DNA from: a candidate division WOR-3 bacterium
GTDB lineage: Bacteria; Hydrothermota; Tepidihabitantia; SM23-42; JAOAFX01
Assembly (NCBI GenBank): GCA_037444665.1
Contig: JBBILZ010000036.1
Location: forward strand, 1 to 26,705
Length of the DNA stretch: 26,705 nucleotides
Reading direction: 5' to 3'
Translations under genes and position numbers: made by a program
Notes under the pieces: model-generated
Told to the model about the DNA's origin: nothing
What the model saw: the letters and a program-made list of their open reading frames with translations, nothing else
The model's database searches: none
Shown: positions 1 to 8,672 of the stretch, in pieces
Position numbering within the stretch: position 1 is the first letter of the stretch
Layout: every line of letters begins with the position of its first letter

Positions 1-75
1 CCATTTAATCAAAACAACATCTTATTCTTTCAGGCATTTTCTTTAGGCGTTTAGGCATTTTGGACTTTTAGGCAT

Positions 76-705
76 TTATTTTATTATTCCCAGCCACGGT
101 CCTAAGAGAAACTGGAATCTGCCAATCAACAGGCTTATTCTTGCCATTACCGTATACCCGAACGATGCGCCAAAACCGAGCATAATAAAGATAATGCCAA
201 GATTAGCAATTGGCTTGATAATACCTTTTCGTTCGCGTGAAAAGAAAAAGAAAATCAATGTAGCGACAACACCAAGAAGAATCAAGATTGCCCAGAGTCC
301 ATTGTCCCAGCGTGCAAACAATTCGCGTGTGAGCATTGTTCCCTGTATCTGTTTTATTACATCGGTTTGCAATGTTGCAGGAATAACTACACCTGAACCC
401 CAGCCAAGAAGGAATGCGATTGGTATTCTAACGAGCCAGGATATTTGAGGAATAAATCTTGTTATATAGAGGATTCCCAGGATGAGCGGAATAACATAGA
501 TGAACTGCCCTTCTTTGAATAAGGGCACAATGAGATTGGGATACACGACATTATGATAAGATAGGGCGATGAGATAGCCAGCAGAGGTTCCTACAAACAA
601 ATGTTCAGCAAATCTATAGAATGGATTGTCCCTGAAGATAAAAGAAAAAATGCAGAGTGTAAGTAGTGAAGAAATCCAGACCAAAATATCAGTGGAGATA
701 TTCAT
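76..705 (-). CDS. Uncharacterised polytopic membrane protein (about 6 TM)
   Basis: 209-aa hydrophobic ORF (DNPFYRFAEHLFVG, FGASFGYTVMARISLLIGR); ATGA overlap with upstream gene at 702-705. Confidence 0.85.
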   Translation of the reverse strand: MNISTDILVWISSLLTLCIFSFIFRDNPFYRFAEHLFVGTSAGYLIALSYHNVVYPNLIVPLFKEGQFIYVIPLILGILYITRFIPQISWLVRIPIAFLLGWGSGVVIPATLQTDVIKQIQGTMLTRELFARWDNGLWAILILLGVVATLIFFFFSRERKGIIKPIANLGIIFIMLGFGASFGYTVMARISLLIGRFQFLLGPWLGIIK

Positions 706-1544
706 CTTGACCTCCTTAAAAGTAAGAAACCAATATTACCTATTATGATAAAGACCATAATAAAAAAGTGTCCTAAGGACTGGGCATCCATTGCCTTTGT
801 TGCGTCTCTTCTGGTTAATTTGTAACCACTTTTAAAGAGTGCTGTTTCATATTCAGCAGCGCCTTTCATACCTGCAAAAACACCGACAAGCTGGCCACTT
901 CCAAGATATGGATATGTATCAGCTGCAGAGACTGCAGTAACGCCAGTTCCCAGTTTAAAACCAAATTTGGACTGCCCATAAAAAAGCCAGGTTCTATATC
1001 CTGGGTCGCCTGCGGAAAGACTGACAACAAGACTAATATCATTATAATTGGTTAAATTCGCAGTAAGGTGCAATGAATCAAGCGAGGTATTATAATAATC
1101 TGCAGGAAATACATTTTTCAATTTATCACCAATACCAAGAATCACGGCTGCTGCTCCTGCTTTATAACCGAGGAATACATAGTCTTTGCCATATTCTTTA
1201 TTGTATATCCTGGGAATTGTGCTCAATGCCATATCTGCCATACCCGCACCCTGTGGCCAGAGTGCCATCACCAGCACTTTTATATTTTTTGCAAATAGAT
1301 GATTCAGCAATGCCTCAAGCATTGGATATAATTCAGGCATTGACTGCGGGTCAAAATCACAGGAGATAAGGACTGGTTTAGCATCTTCGGGCAATGATTC
1401 AATAGCATCAACCAATTTTTTTGTTTGGGGCATAACATTTATAGGCATGCCTATGGGAACAATAAGCGGGATAATAATGGCAAGTGCCATAATTAAATAG
1501 ATTATCTGCCGGGGAATTTTTGATAATATTTCTGGTATCTTCAT
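702..1544 (-). CDS. Uncharacterised membrane protein with N- and C-terminal TM helices around a soluble alpha/beta domain
   Basis: 280-aa ORF with hydrophobic ends and a GMKGAAEYE motif; TAATG overlap with upstream gene. Confidence 0.85.
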   Translation of the reverse strand: MKIPEILSKIPRQIIYLIMALAIIIPLIVPIGMPINVMPQTKKLVDAIESLPEDAKPVLISCDFDPQSMPELYPMLEALLNHLFAKNIKVLVMALWPQGAGMADMALSTIPRIYNKEYGKDYVFLGYKAGAAAVILGIGDKLKNVFPADYYNTSLDSLHLTANLTNYNDISLVVSLSAGDPGYRTWLFYGQSKFGFKLGTGVTAVSAADTYPYLGSGQLVGVFAGMKGAAEYETALFKSGYKLTRRDATKAMDAQSLGHFFIMVFIIIGNIGFLLLRRSR

Positions 1545-2164
1545 TATTTACCTCCAAGCCATGACCTTTCAATACCCAATATTATCTTCAACGCAGTTGA
1601 TACTCCACCTAATGCCACGCCAAACATAATTCCTCTTTTTGCCGCCATATTGGGAACCTTAAGTAACCATTCAGCAAATTCTGAAAGTTTTGGAGAAATA
1701 AAATAGCCAAAAGGAACCATACCAAGCATCACCACAAACGCAGCAATTAATAATAGTGTTGCCTCAGTCGTTTTTGCGCGGAAGGCACGATATGCGGCTG
1801 ATGCCATATAGAATGCTAAGATTGCAAACATTGATGCACCAAGTGGTAAAATTACATTGGAATACACAATCATAAATAATGTTCCGCTTTTAATTCCACC
1901 AAATAGCCCAATTATAGTCATAAATGCGAGACCGATCAGGGTAATAATACTGAAAGGCCATCCTTCATTCTTTCTTTTGATTCTATCTGTATGATGGTCA
2001 ATAAGACTACCTATTCCAAGAATGATTGCGAATGCTGAAACAACAATGACCCAACGATTTATGTGTTCATTTGCCTGGATACTCACGGGATGACCTATAA
2101 AGAATTGGACAATCATTACTACACCCATCAACATACAGATATATAATGGAATCTGTTTCTTCAT
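1544..2164 (-). CDS. Uncharacterised polytopic membrane protein
   Basis: 206-aa hydrophobic ORF ([22 protein letters not shown]); GGAGG RBS upstream. Confidence 0.85.
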   Translation of the reverse strand: MKKQIPLYICMLMGVVMIVQFFIGHPVSIQANEHINRWVIVVSAFAIILGIGSLIDHHTDRIKRKNEGWPFSIITLIGLAFMTIIGLFGGIKSGTLFMIVYSNVILPLGASMFAILAFYMASAAYRAFRAKTTEATLLLIAAFVVMLGMVPFGYFISPKLSEFAEWLLKVPNMAAKRGIMFGVALGGVSTALKIILGIERSWLGGK

Positions 2165-2216
2165 TTTTCCTCCACAATTTAGGTGTTTAGGTATTTAGGG
2201 AGTTTAGGCATTTAAA

Positions 2217-3044
2217 TTAGCCTATATTAAACAACGAAACGACCTTTTGCCAGCCGAGAAGAGCAAGAAGTGAGCTTAACAATAATACACCGAGAATAAT
2301 CATTTTACCCCAGTCCTGACCTTTTAATGAACCCAAGAGCAATGGCTCTCGGGAAAGGTATGCTGAAGCAGCGTACAATTCTTCTCCGATTAGTGTATAA
2401 TCACAGGCAACAATGAAGAAAGGTAACTGAAATATGGAATCAGTGCCGGCAATCTGAATTGCTCCGGTCGCAGCACCGGTTTCAGCAAGCACCAGTGATT
2501 CTGCCCAAAAGTATCCGACAAAAAGATTGGTTGCCGGTTTATCCCGCACCATTGTTCCACACACTGCTGAGGTATAACCAAATTGGTCCTGGGTTAAAAA
2601 ATAGATATTATCTGCATTAAATGCATCGGGTCTGCCCGCATCAGTATATGCCTCTTTTACAACCTCTCTTGCCACTGTATAAACCACTGGGTCACGATTA
2701 GGCACAAGAAGAGTGGTATTATATTCTGCAGTCTTTTTTGCAACCTGGGATAAAATATTCATTGAGGCAATTGTGGAAATAACATCAATCGTAGCAAGCC
2801 CGGGCACATAAAGTATTGGCTTCCCCATTTCTGTTGCCCTGCCCACTGCTTCTTCTACTGCATCAAGACCACTTATCTTTCGAATAAATAGTTCTTTGCC
2901 CTTTCTTGCATGATAAATAAACCAGAGCAGTAAAATAGCATATATAATTAACGCAATGAGCACATTCAGACGGGCAATATTAAAGATTTGGACACTGCCT
3001 GCCTGATTGCCTTCTACCATAAATAAAAATAAAGTTACTTGCAT
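2217..3044 (-). CDS. Membrane-anchored protein, probably DUF6754 family
   Basis: 275-aa ORF; IRKISGLDAVEEAVGRATEMGKP and LPFFIVACDYTLIGEELYAASAYL resemble DUF6754 as I recall it (not searched); AAGGGGG RBS. Confidence 0.7.
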   Translation of the reverse strand: MQVTLFLFMVEGNQAGSVQIFNIARLNVLIALIIYAILLLWFIYHARKGKELFIRKISGLDAVEEAVGRATEMGKPILYVPGLATIDVISTIASMNILSQVAKKTAEYNTTLLVPNRDPVVYTVAREVVKEAYTDAGRPDAFNADNIYFLTQDQFGYTSAVCGTMVRDKPATNLFVGYFWAESLVLAETGAATGAIQIAGTDSIFQLPFFIVACDYTLIGEELYAASAYLSREPLLLGSLKGQDWGKMIILGVLLLSSLLALLGWQKVVSLFNIG

Positions 3045-3245
3045 AGAACCCCCTTTTAAAATCGCAGTATCATTAAATTTGCAGTATCATGCCGACAAAG
3101 AGGTCGGGATTTGCAGTATCGTGCCTTCAGCACTTGCGGTAACGCCTAAATCTTGCAAATTATGTAAATCCGTCATACAGCGAGCGAAGCGATTTTGCAT
3201 CTCCTGCAAGTGAAACGATACTGCAAGCGTAGCGATCCTGCATTT

Positions 3246-4514
3246 TTATTTTGTCACTGCCCTTAAGGTAAGGTATGAAATCAAAATTGAAACTGCCACT
3301 GAACCAATCTCAACATAGTCCTGCCAGAATTTGAAGATCTGTCTGGGAACAAAGATTCTATCGCCCTCCATAATTATCGGGTCTTTTTTCACGGAGAGTT
3401 TCTTTTTCCCACGAACAATATAAGCACCGGACATATTTGCCTCAGCCAGTGGTCCACCAGCAAGTCCAATATAATCACTCGCTTTGAGATTGGGTTGAAA
3501 TGGAAATGCACCAGGATTTACTATTTGTCCCTGGACATAGACAATGGCATTTACTGAAGGAACCACAATAACATCTTTGTCCTGCAATTCAATATTTGCT
3601 TCACTATTACTATTGGCAAGTATGGTCTGAAAATCAATATCTATCCTGTTATCAGCCCTCTGCACATAAATATTCTTTAAATCTGCCCAGGGTGTAACAC
3701 CACCTGCTTTATCAATCAAATCTGAAACCTTATCGCCTGGATTCAACTCATAAAGTCCTTCACTTGTGCGCTCCATTGCAGCAGTAAGTTGCGATACTCT
3801 AAGTTCATAACCCATTTTGCCGAATACAGCACCTTTAACAATAACAGATTTTTCCATTTTTGGAACATATATAACATCGCCATCCTGGACATAAGGATTA
3901 TCTGTAATATTACCGGTTCGTTCAAATTCTTCAAGATTTACTAATTGAGCTGTTTTATTACTACGCTTCAATTCAATTTTTGAGCGTGAGCCAATGGCTG
4001 TTGTCCCACCAACTCTTTTTATAATTTCTGAAACACGGTCAATTGGTCGTGCAATAACAGTTCCAGGATTTTTAACTTGACCCGCAACAAAAACAATGAA
4101 TGTGCGCATTCCCAAAAGAGTAATATCTACATTGATATTTCTAAAATACTTCATAAATACACTGGTTAGCGAGTCTTTCGCCATCTTCAAATTGAGTCCG
4201 TAAATTGGAACAGTGGCAATCACATCATATTGAGGCACATACACACCCTGGGCAGTGGGCACTGAGGCAACTGGTATATTAATAGTAATTTTACCTTCAT
4301 ATGTAATACCAGTGATATAAGAGTAATTGGTTGCTCCAACAATAGTAATCAGAACCGTATCCCCTGGCATTAGAATATATTCTTCAGAAACCACTGGTTT
4401 TTCAAGGCCAGGAACGCCAACTTCGCCTCCTTCCTGGGCAAAGACAAAAAGAGTAGAAAGTAGCAAGTAGAAAGTAGAGAGTAAAAATTTAACGATAAAT
4501 TTATTTTTTTTCAT
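3246..4514 (-). CDS. SLBB-domain polysaccharide export/biosynthesis protein (Wza/KpsD-like)
   Basis: Signal peptide, EYILMPGD poly_export-like motif, three SLBB-type repeats (VAGQVKNPG, VKGAV, VQGQIVNPG) and a C-terminal helix; ATG at 4514 preferred over TTG at 4520. Confidence 0.8.
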   Translation of the reverse strand: MKKNKFIVKFLLSTFYLLLSTLFVFAQEGGEVGVPGLEKPVVSEEYILMPGDTVLITIVGATNYSYITGITYEGKITINIPVASVPTAQGVYVPQYDVIATVPIYGLNLKMAKDSLTSVFMKYFRNINVDITLLGMRTFIVFVAGQVKNPGTVIARPIDRVSEIIKRVGGTTAIGSRSKIELKRSNKTAQLVNLEEFERTGNITDNPYVQDGDVIYVPKMEKSVIVKGAVFGKMGYELRVSQLTAAMERTSEGLYELNPGDKVSDLIDKAGGVTPWADLKNIYVQRADNRIDIDFQTILANSNSEANIELQDKDVIVVPSVNAIVYVQGQIVNPGAFPFQPNLKASDYIGLAGGPLAEANMSGAYIVRGKKKLSVKKDPIIMEGDRIFVPRQIFKFWQDYVEIGSVAVSILISYLTLRAVTK

Positions 4515-4519
4515 AGCCA

Positions 4520-4547
4520 ATTATATTTAATTCTAATGTGAAGTCAA
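4520..4547 (-). promoter_or_regulatory. sigma70-like promoter for the SLBB gene and downstream membrane genes
   Basis: TTGACT (4547-4542), 16 bp, TATAAT (4525-4520). Confidence 0.65.
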
Positions 4548-4550
4548 CAG

Positions 4551-4578
4551 TTGACAGAAGAAGATTTTTGGGTATAAT
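4551..4578 (+). promoter_or_regulatory. sigma70-like promoter for the Fe-S/flavoprotein pair
   Basis: TTGACA (4551-4556), 16 bp, TATAAT (4573-4578). Confidence 0.75.
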
Positions 4579-4741
4579 GGAAACTGATAGCAAATAGTGA
4601 ATATTATGGTGATTGGGTTGGGGTTGAGAGGCTGGACTTTCTTGGTTAAATATTTAACCATTCGCCAATTACCATTTAACCAAAAAAACCAGCATCTAAA
4701 CCTTAACCTTTACACTATTTGTTAAGAAGGAGGTTTTTCAA

Positions 4742-5497
4742 ATGGCAGAAGATAAGAATATTATGGACGAAATTGCTGAAGCGAATAAATCAGTAGTTAC
4801 CGGTATAGACGAGAAGGATATCAAACACTGGATTTCTATCTCAATAATGGGTAGGAAATACCGTGTTCCGGCCGGTTTAACAATTATGCAGGCAATGGAA
4901 TTTGCTGGTTATAGATTTATTCGCAGTTGTGGTTGTCGGGCAGGGTTCTGCGGTGCCTGCACAACAGTTTATAGAATTGAAGGTGATTATCGCTTAAAAA
5001 CCGCACTTGCTTGTCAGACCAGGGCAGAAAATGGAATGTATCTTGTTCAAATACCTTTTACTCCAGCCCAGAGGGCAAATTATGATATCAATCAACTAAG
5101 ACCTGGTATTGAGGCATTTTTAAAAGTTTATCCCGAGATATTAAAATGTCTGGGTTGTAATTCCTGCACCAAGGCGTGCCCCCAGGATATTGATGTAATG
5201 GAGTATATCGCCTGCGGTAAGAGGGGCGATATTGCCAGAATGGCAGAAATTTCTTTTGATTGTATTCAATGCGGATTGTGTGCAATCAGATGTCCAGCAG
5301 AGCTTGCCCAGTATAATTTTGCCCAACTCGCGCGCCGACTCCACGGTAGGCACGAACTTCCTTTACCCGAACATCTAAAAAAGAGACTTGCTGAGCTCAA
5401 AGAAAGAAAATTTGAACCTGAATTGAAAAAGTTGATGGCTATGCCAGTAGAAGAATTGCGAAAAGTTTATACTTCTCGCGACATAGAAAAAGAATAG
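4742..5497 (+). CDS. SdhB/FrdB-like iron-sulfur protein (2Fe-2S plus 2x4Fe-4S)
   Basis: CRAGFCGAC...LAC 2Fe-2S motif; CLGCNSCTKACP and CIQCGLCAIRCP; AGGAGG RBS. Confidence 0.85.
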   Translation: MAEDKNIMDEIAEANKSVVTGIDEKDIKHWISISIMGRKYRVPAGLTIMQAMEFAGYRFIRSCGCRAGFCGACTTVYRIEGDYRLKTALACQTRAENGMYLVQIPFTPAQRANYDINQLRPGIEAFLKVYPEILKCLGCNSCTKACPQDIDVMEYIACGKRGDIARMAEISFDCIQCGLCAIRCPAELAQYNFAQLARRLHGRHELPLPEHLKKRLAELKERKFEPELKKLMAMPVEELRKVYTSRDIEKE

Positions 5498-5507
5498 GAG
5501 GCGAAAA

Positions 5508-7166
5508 ATGGCAGAATTAAAATTTATTGGTGGTTATCCAGAATATATGCGCAAGCTCATTGATGTGGTCAATAAAACAAGGCAACGGCGCAAAGATTTC
5601 ATACCTAAAGCAATGAGTATGGAAGAGAGGCAAGAAGTATTAAAGTTATGCCATCCTGATTATGCACCAGGTGGAAAAAGGCAAATTTCTATAGGACCAA
5701 ACAAAGGTGACCTTGCACCAAATGAGGTTGTTGATTTGTTAGAAGCAAATCCCCTTGTTGATCCGGAAACCATAAATATCTCAAATCCTGACTATACGGT
5801 TGACCTTTTGATTATTGGTGGTGGTCTTGCAGGAACTTCCGCAGCATTGTTAGCAAATGATAATGGTGTAAAGGCGGAAAACATTTTGCTTGTGAACAAA
5901 CTCCGGCATGGTGATTCCAATTCAATGATGGCTCAAGGTGGAACACAGGCTGCGGATAGGGAAAAAGATTCGCCAATAATGCATTATATTGACACAATTG
6001 GAGGTGGGCATTTTGCTAATAAACCAGAAGTGGTTGAAGCACTTGTTAATGATGCGCCTTTTGTGATGGAATGGCTCTGCAAGCTCGGTGCAATACTGGA
6101 TAGGGAAAAAGATGGCAGTTTTATAGAAAAGGCATTCGGTGGTGGCTCAAGATTGAGGATGCATGCCTGCCGTGATTATACGGGTCTTGAGGAATTGAGG
6201 GTTCTGAGGGATGAGTTTAGATGTCGTGGTATTCCATATTTAGAATACTACCCGGTAATTGAATTTCTGACTGATGGAAATCGCGTAACCGGTGCGGTAT
6301 TATATAATCTTGAAACCGGCGAATATAAGGTTGCCCAGGCAAAGGCAACAATTCTTGCAACTGGAGGTTTTGGCAGGTTACACATCAGAGGATTTCCCAC
6401 CACAAACCATTATGGTGCGACTGCTGATGGCATAATCCTTGCCTATCGGGCTGGTGCAAAATTGCGTGATACAGATACTGTTCAATATCATCCAACCGGC
6501 GCGGCTTATCCACAGCAAATCATAGGCTTGTTATTAACTGAAAAATTAAGGGGTATGGGTGCCCAACCTTTAAATATTGATGGTGAGGCATTTGTCTATC
6601 CACTTGAACCAAGGGATGTTGAGGCATCAGCCTTCATAAAAGAATGCTATGTTGAGGAAAAAGGGATTGTGACCCCTACGGGAATGCGTGGAGTCTGGCT
6701 TGATACGCCATTGATTGATCTAAAAAATGGTGCAGGTGCGATTGAGAAAGAACTACCAGCGATGTTCAGAATGTACAAGAGATTTGATATTGATATGCGT
6801 AAAGACCCGGTTTTAGTCTTTCCAACACTCCATTATCAAAACGGTGGTGTAGAGACCGACCCCTGGGGCAGAACCAATATTGAAGGTTTATGGGTTGCAG
6901 GTGAAGTTTCTGGCGGCGTGCATGGTAAGAACAGGTTAATGGGCAATTCCACACTTGATTGTCTTGTTTTTGGCAGAAGGGCAGGTATTGCTACTGCTGA
7001 ATATTTAAAGAAGAACCCTTCCCAAGGTAAGTTGACTTTAAACCATATTAAAAACTATAAAAAGATGCTCATGGAAGCGGGTATAAAGACAACGAGAAAA
7101 TCTCCCATTCTATTTCCTGATTACCGGGGTAAAGCAGTTCTGGCAAGAAAAATAGATATATTCTAA
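5508..7166 (+). CDS. Fumarate reductase/succinate dehydrogenase/NadB-family flavoprotein
   Basis: GGGLAG FAD loop, SMMAQGG, LATGG, QYHPT, PRD, HYQNGG, HGKNRLMGNS; GGAGG RBS. Confidence 0.9.
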   Translation: MAELKFIGGYPEYMRKLIDVVNKTRQRRKDFIPKAMSMEERQEVLKLCHPDYAPGGKRQISIGPNKGDLAPNEVVDLLEANPLVDPETINISNPDYTVDLLIIGGGLAGTSAALLANDNGVKAENILLVNKLRHGDSNSMMAQGGTQAADREKDSPIMHYIDTIGGGHFANKPEVVEALVNDAPFVMEWLCKLGAILDREKDGSFIEKAFGGGSRLRMHACRDYTGLEELRVLRDEFRCRGIPYLEYYPVIEFLTDGNRVTGAVLYNLETGEYKVAQAKATILATGGFGRLHIRGFPTTNHYGATADGIILAYRAGAKLRDTDTVQYHPTGAAYPQQIIGLLLTEKLRGMGAQPLNIDGEAFVYPLEPRDVEASAFIKECYVEEKGIVTPTGMRGVWLDTPLIDLKNGAGAIEKELPAMFRMYKRFDIDMRKDPVLVFPTLHYQNGGVETDPWGRTNIEGLWVAGEVSGGVHGKNRLMGNSTLDCLVFGRRAGIATAEYLKKNPSQGKLTLNHIKNYKKMLMEAGIKTTRKSPILFPDYRGKAVLARKIDIF

Positions 7167-7218
7167 AAAATCGTTAATTCTTTAAGGGTTACGACGCCCG
7201 TTTCGGTTAAAAAGGCTA

Positions 7219-7244
7219 TGAAAACGAAGTCAGTTTCGTTTTCA
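7219..7244. terminator. Hairpin between convergent genes, candidate bidirectional terminator
   Basis: TGAAAACGAA-6 nt-TTCGTTTTCA perfect 10-bp stem; no strong U tract. Confidence 0.4.
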
Positions 7245-7284
7245 CAATTCAAGCTTCCTAACCTTTAATCATTAGACGCATTCT

Positions 7285-8532
7285 TTACGGGAATATCCCT
7301 CTGTATTTATATACCTCTGCAACCCTCTGCAAGGCAACAATATAGGCAGCAGTTCGCAATGAAACCTTTGTTTTTTGGGTAAGTTCCCAGACTTCGTTAA
7401 AGGTTTTTATTAACTTATTTTCAAGTCGTTCATTCACCTCTTTCTCTTCCCAATACAATCCGGCTAATGCCTGAACCCATTCAAAATGGCTAACGATCAC
7501 ACCACCTGAATTAGCAAGGATATCTGGCACTACATATACACCCTTTTTCTCAAGAATTTCGTCTGCCTCAGGTGTTGTTGGGCCATTTGCTCCCTCAACT
7601 ATAACCTTCACCTTTATCTTATCCGCATTATCCTCGCGTATCTGATTTTCCAGTGCTGCGGGAATTAGAATATCTGCTTCCTGATATAGAATTTCATCCC
7701 TTGATACTTTTTTGCCCTTTGTATAAGGCTCAAGCAGTTTATGCTTATCCACACATTCCATTAATTCTTTAACATCAAATCCATTTTTATCAATTATGCC
7801 TGTTGATGAATCAGAAACGCCAATGATTTTAGCACCATCCTGTGATAGAAAATAGGCAGCATAACTACCAACATTGCCAAATCCCTGAACCAGAACTTTT
7901 GCATCCTTTAGAGATTTTCCGAGTTTTTTGTATAACTCTCTTGTAGTAATATAAACACCCCTGCCTGTTGCTTCTTTTCTTCCTTTTGAACCGCCCAGAA
8001 CTTCTGGTTTTCCAGTCACTACTGCAGGCTCAGTGTGTCCGGTCATCATACTGAATGTATCCATCATCCATGCCATGGTCTTTGATGTAGTAAATACATC
8101 AGGTGCGGGAATATCAATGTGGGGTCCTAAAACTGGCATAATCTCAGCAGTATAACGTCTGGTAATCTTTTCAAGTTCCCTTTCAGACAATTTCATCGGG
8201 TCACAAATCACTCCACCTTTTGCCCCGCCATAAGGTAAGTCTACGAGTGCACATTTCCAGGTCATCCAGGCAGCGAGTGCAATAACTTCATCTTCGTTTA
8301 CATCAGGATGGTAACGAACACCACCCTTGGTTGGTCCGCGGGCATCATTATACTGACATCTATAGCCAGTAAAACATTGAATTGTTCCGTCATCCATTTG
8401 AATAGGGAAGGTGACTCTTAACATACGCTTTGGACACATAAAAATCTTTTGTAATGGCTCAGGCAAATTCATTGCTTTTGCTGCACGCTCTATTTGTCTT
8501 CTTGCCATCTCTGCGACAGAAAATTTAGCCAT
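7285..8532 (-). CDS. gdhA: Glu/Leu/Phe/Val dehydrogenase, NAD(P)-dependent glutamate dehydrogenase
   Basis: GPTKGGVRYHP, LPYGGAKGG, DIPAPD, QGFGNVG, EGANGP, PDILANSGG; ATG at 8532 with GAAGGGGG RBS. Confidence 0.93.
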   Translation of the reverse strand: MAKFSVAEMARRQIERAAKAMNLPEPLQKIFMCPKRMLRVTFPIQMDDGTIQCFTGYRCQYNDARGPTKGGVRYHPDVNEDEVIALAAWMTWKCALVDLPYGGAKGGVICDPMKLSERELEKITRRYTAEIMPVLGPHIDIPAPDVFTTSKTMAWMMDTFSMMTGHTEPAVVTGKPEVLGGSKGRKEATGRGVYITTRELYKKLGKSLKDAKVLVQGFGNVGSYAAYFLSQDGAKIIGVSDSSTGIIDKNGFDVKELMECVDKHKLLEPYTKGKKVSRDEILYQEADILIPAALENQIREDNADKIKVKVIVEGANGPTTPEADEILEKKGVYVVPDILANSGGVIVSHFEWVQALAGLYWEEKEVNERLENKLIKTFNEVWELTQKTKVSLRTAAYIVALQRVAEVYKYRGIFP

Positions 8533-8672
8533 AAAACCCCCTTCTAAAGAATAGTTTGTGGGTAATGGGTTATGATGCCGTATCGTCAATCGTTAAATGG
8601 TAAGAGTCAAAATGGTAAAAGGCGTAGCCTTTTTCAACGAAACGGGCATCGTAACCATAGTCCTTTACACCC

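Noticed and set aside
4543..4555. Palindrome GTCAACAGTTGAC as a transcription-factor operator
   Set aside because: Explained by the back-to-back -35 hexamers of the two divergent promoters
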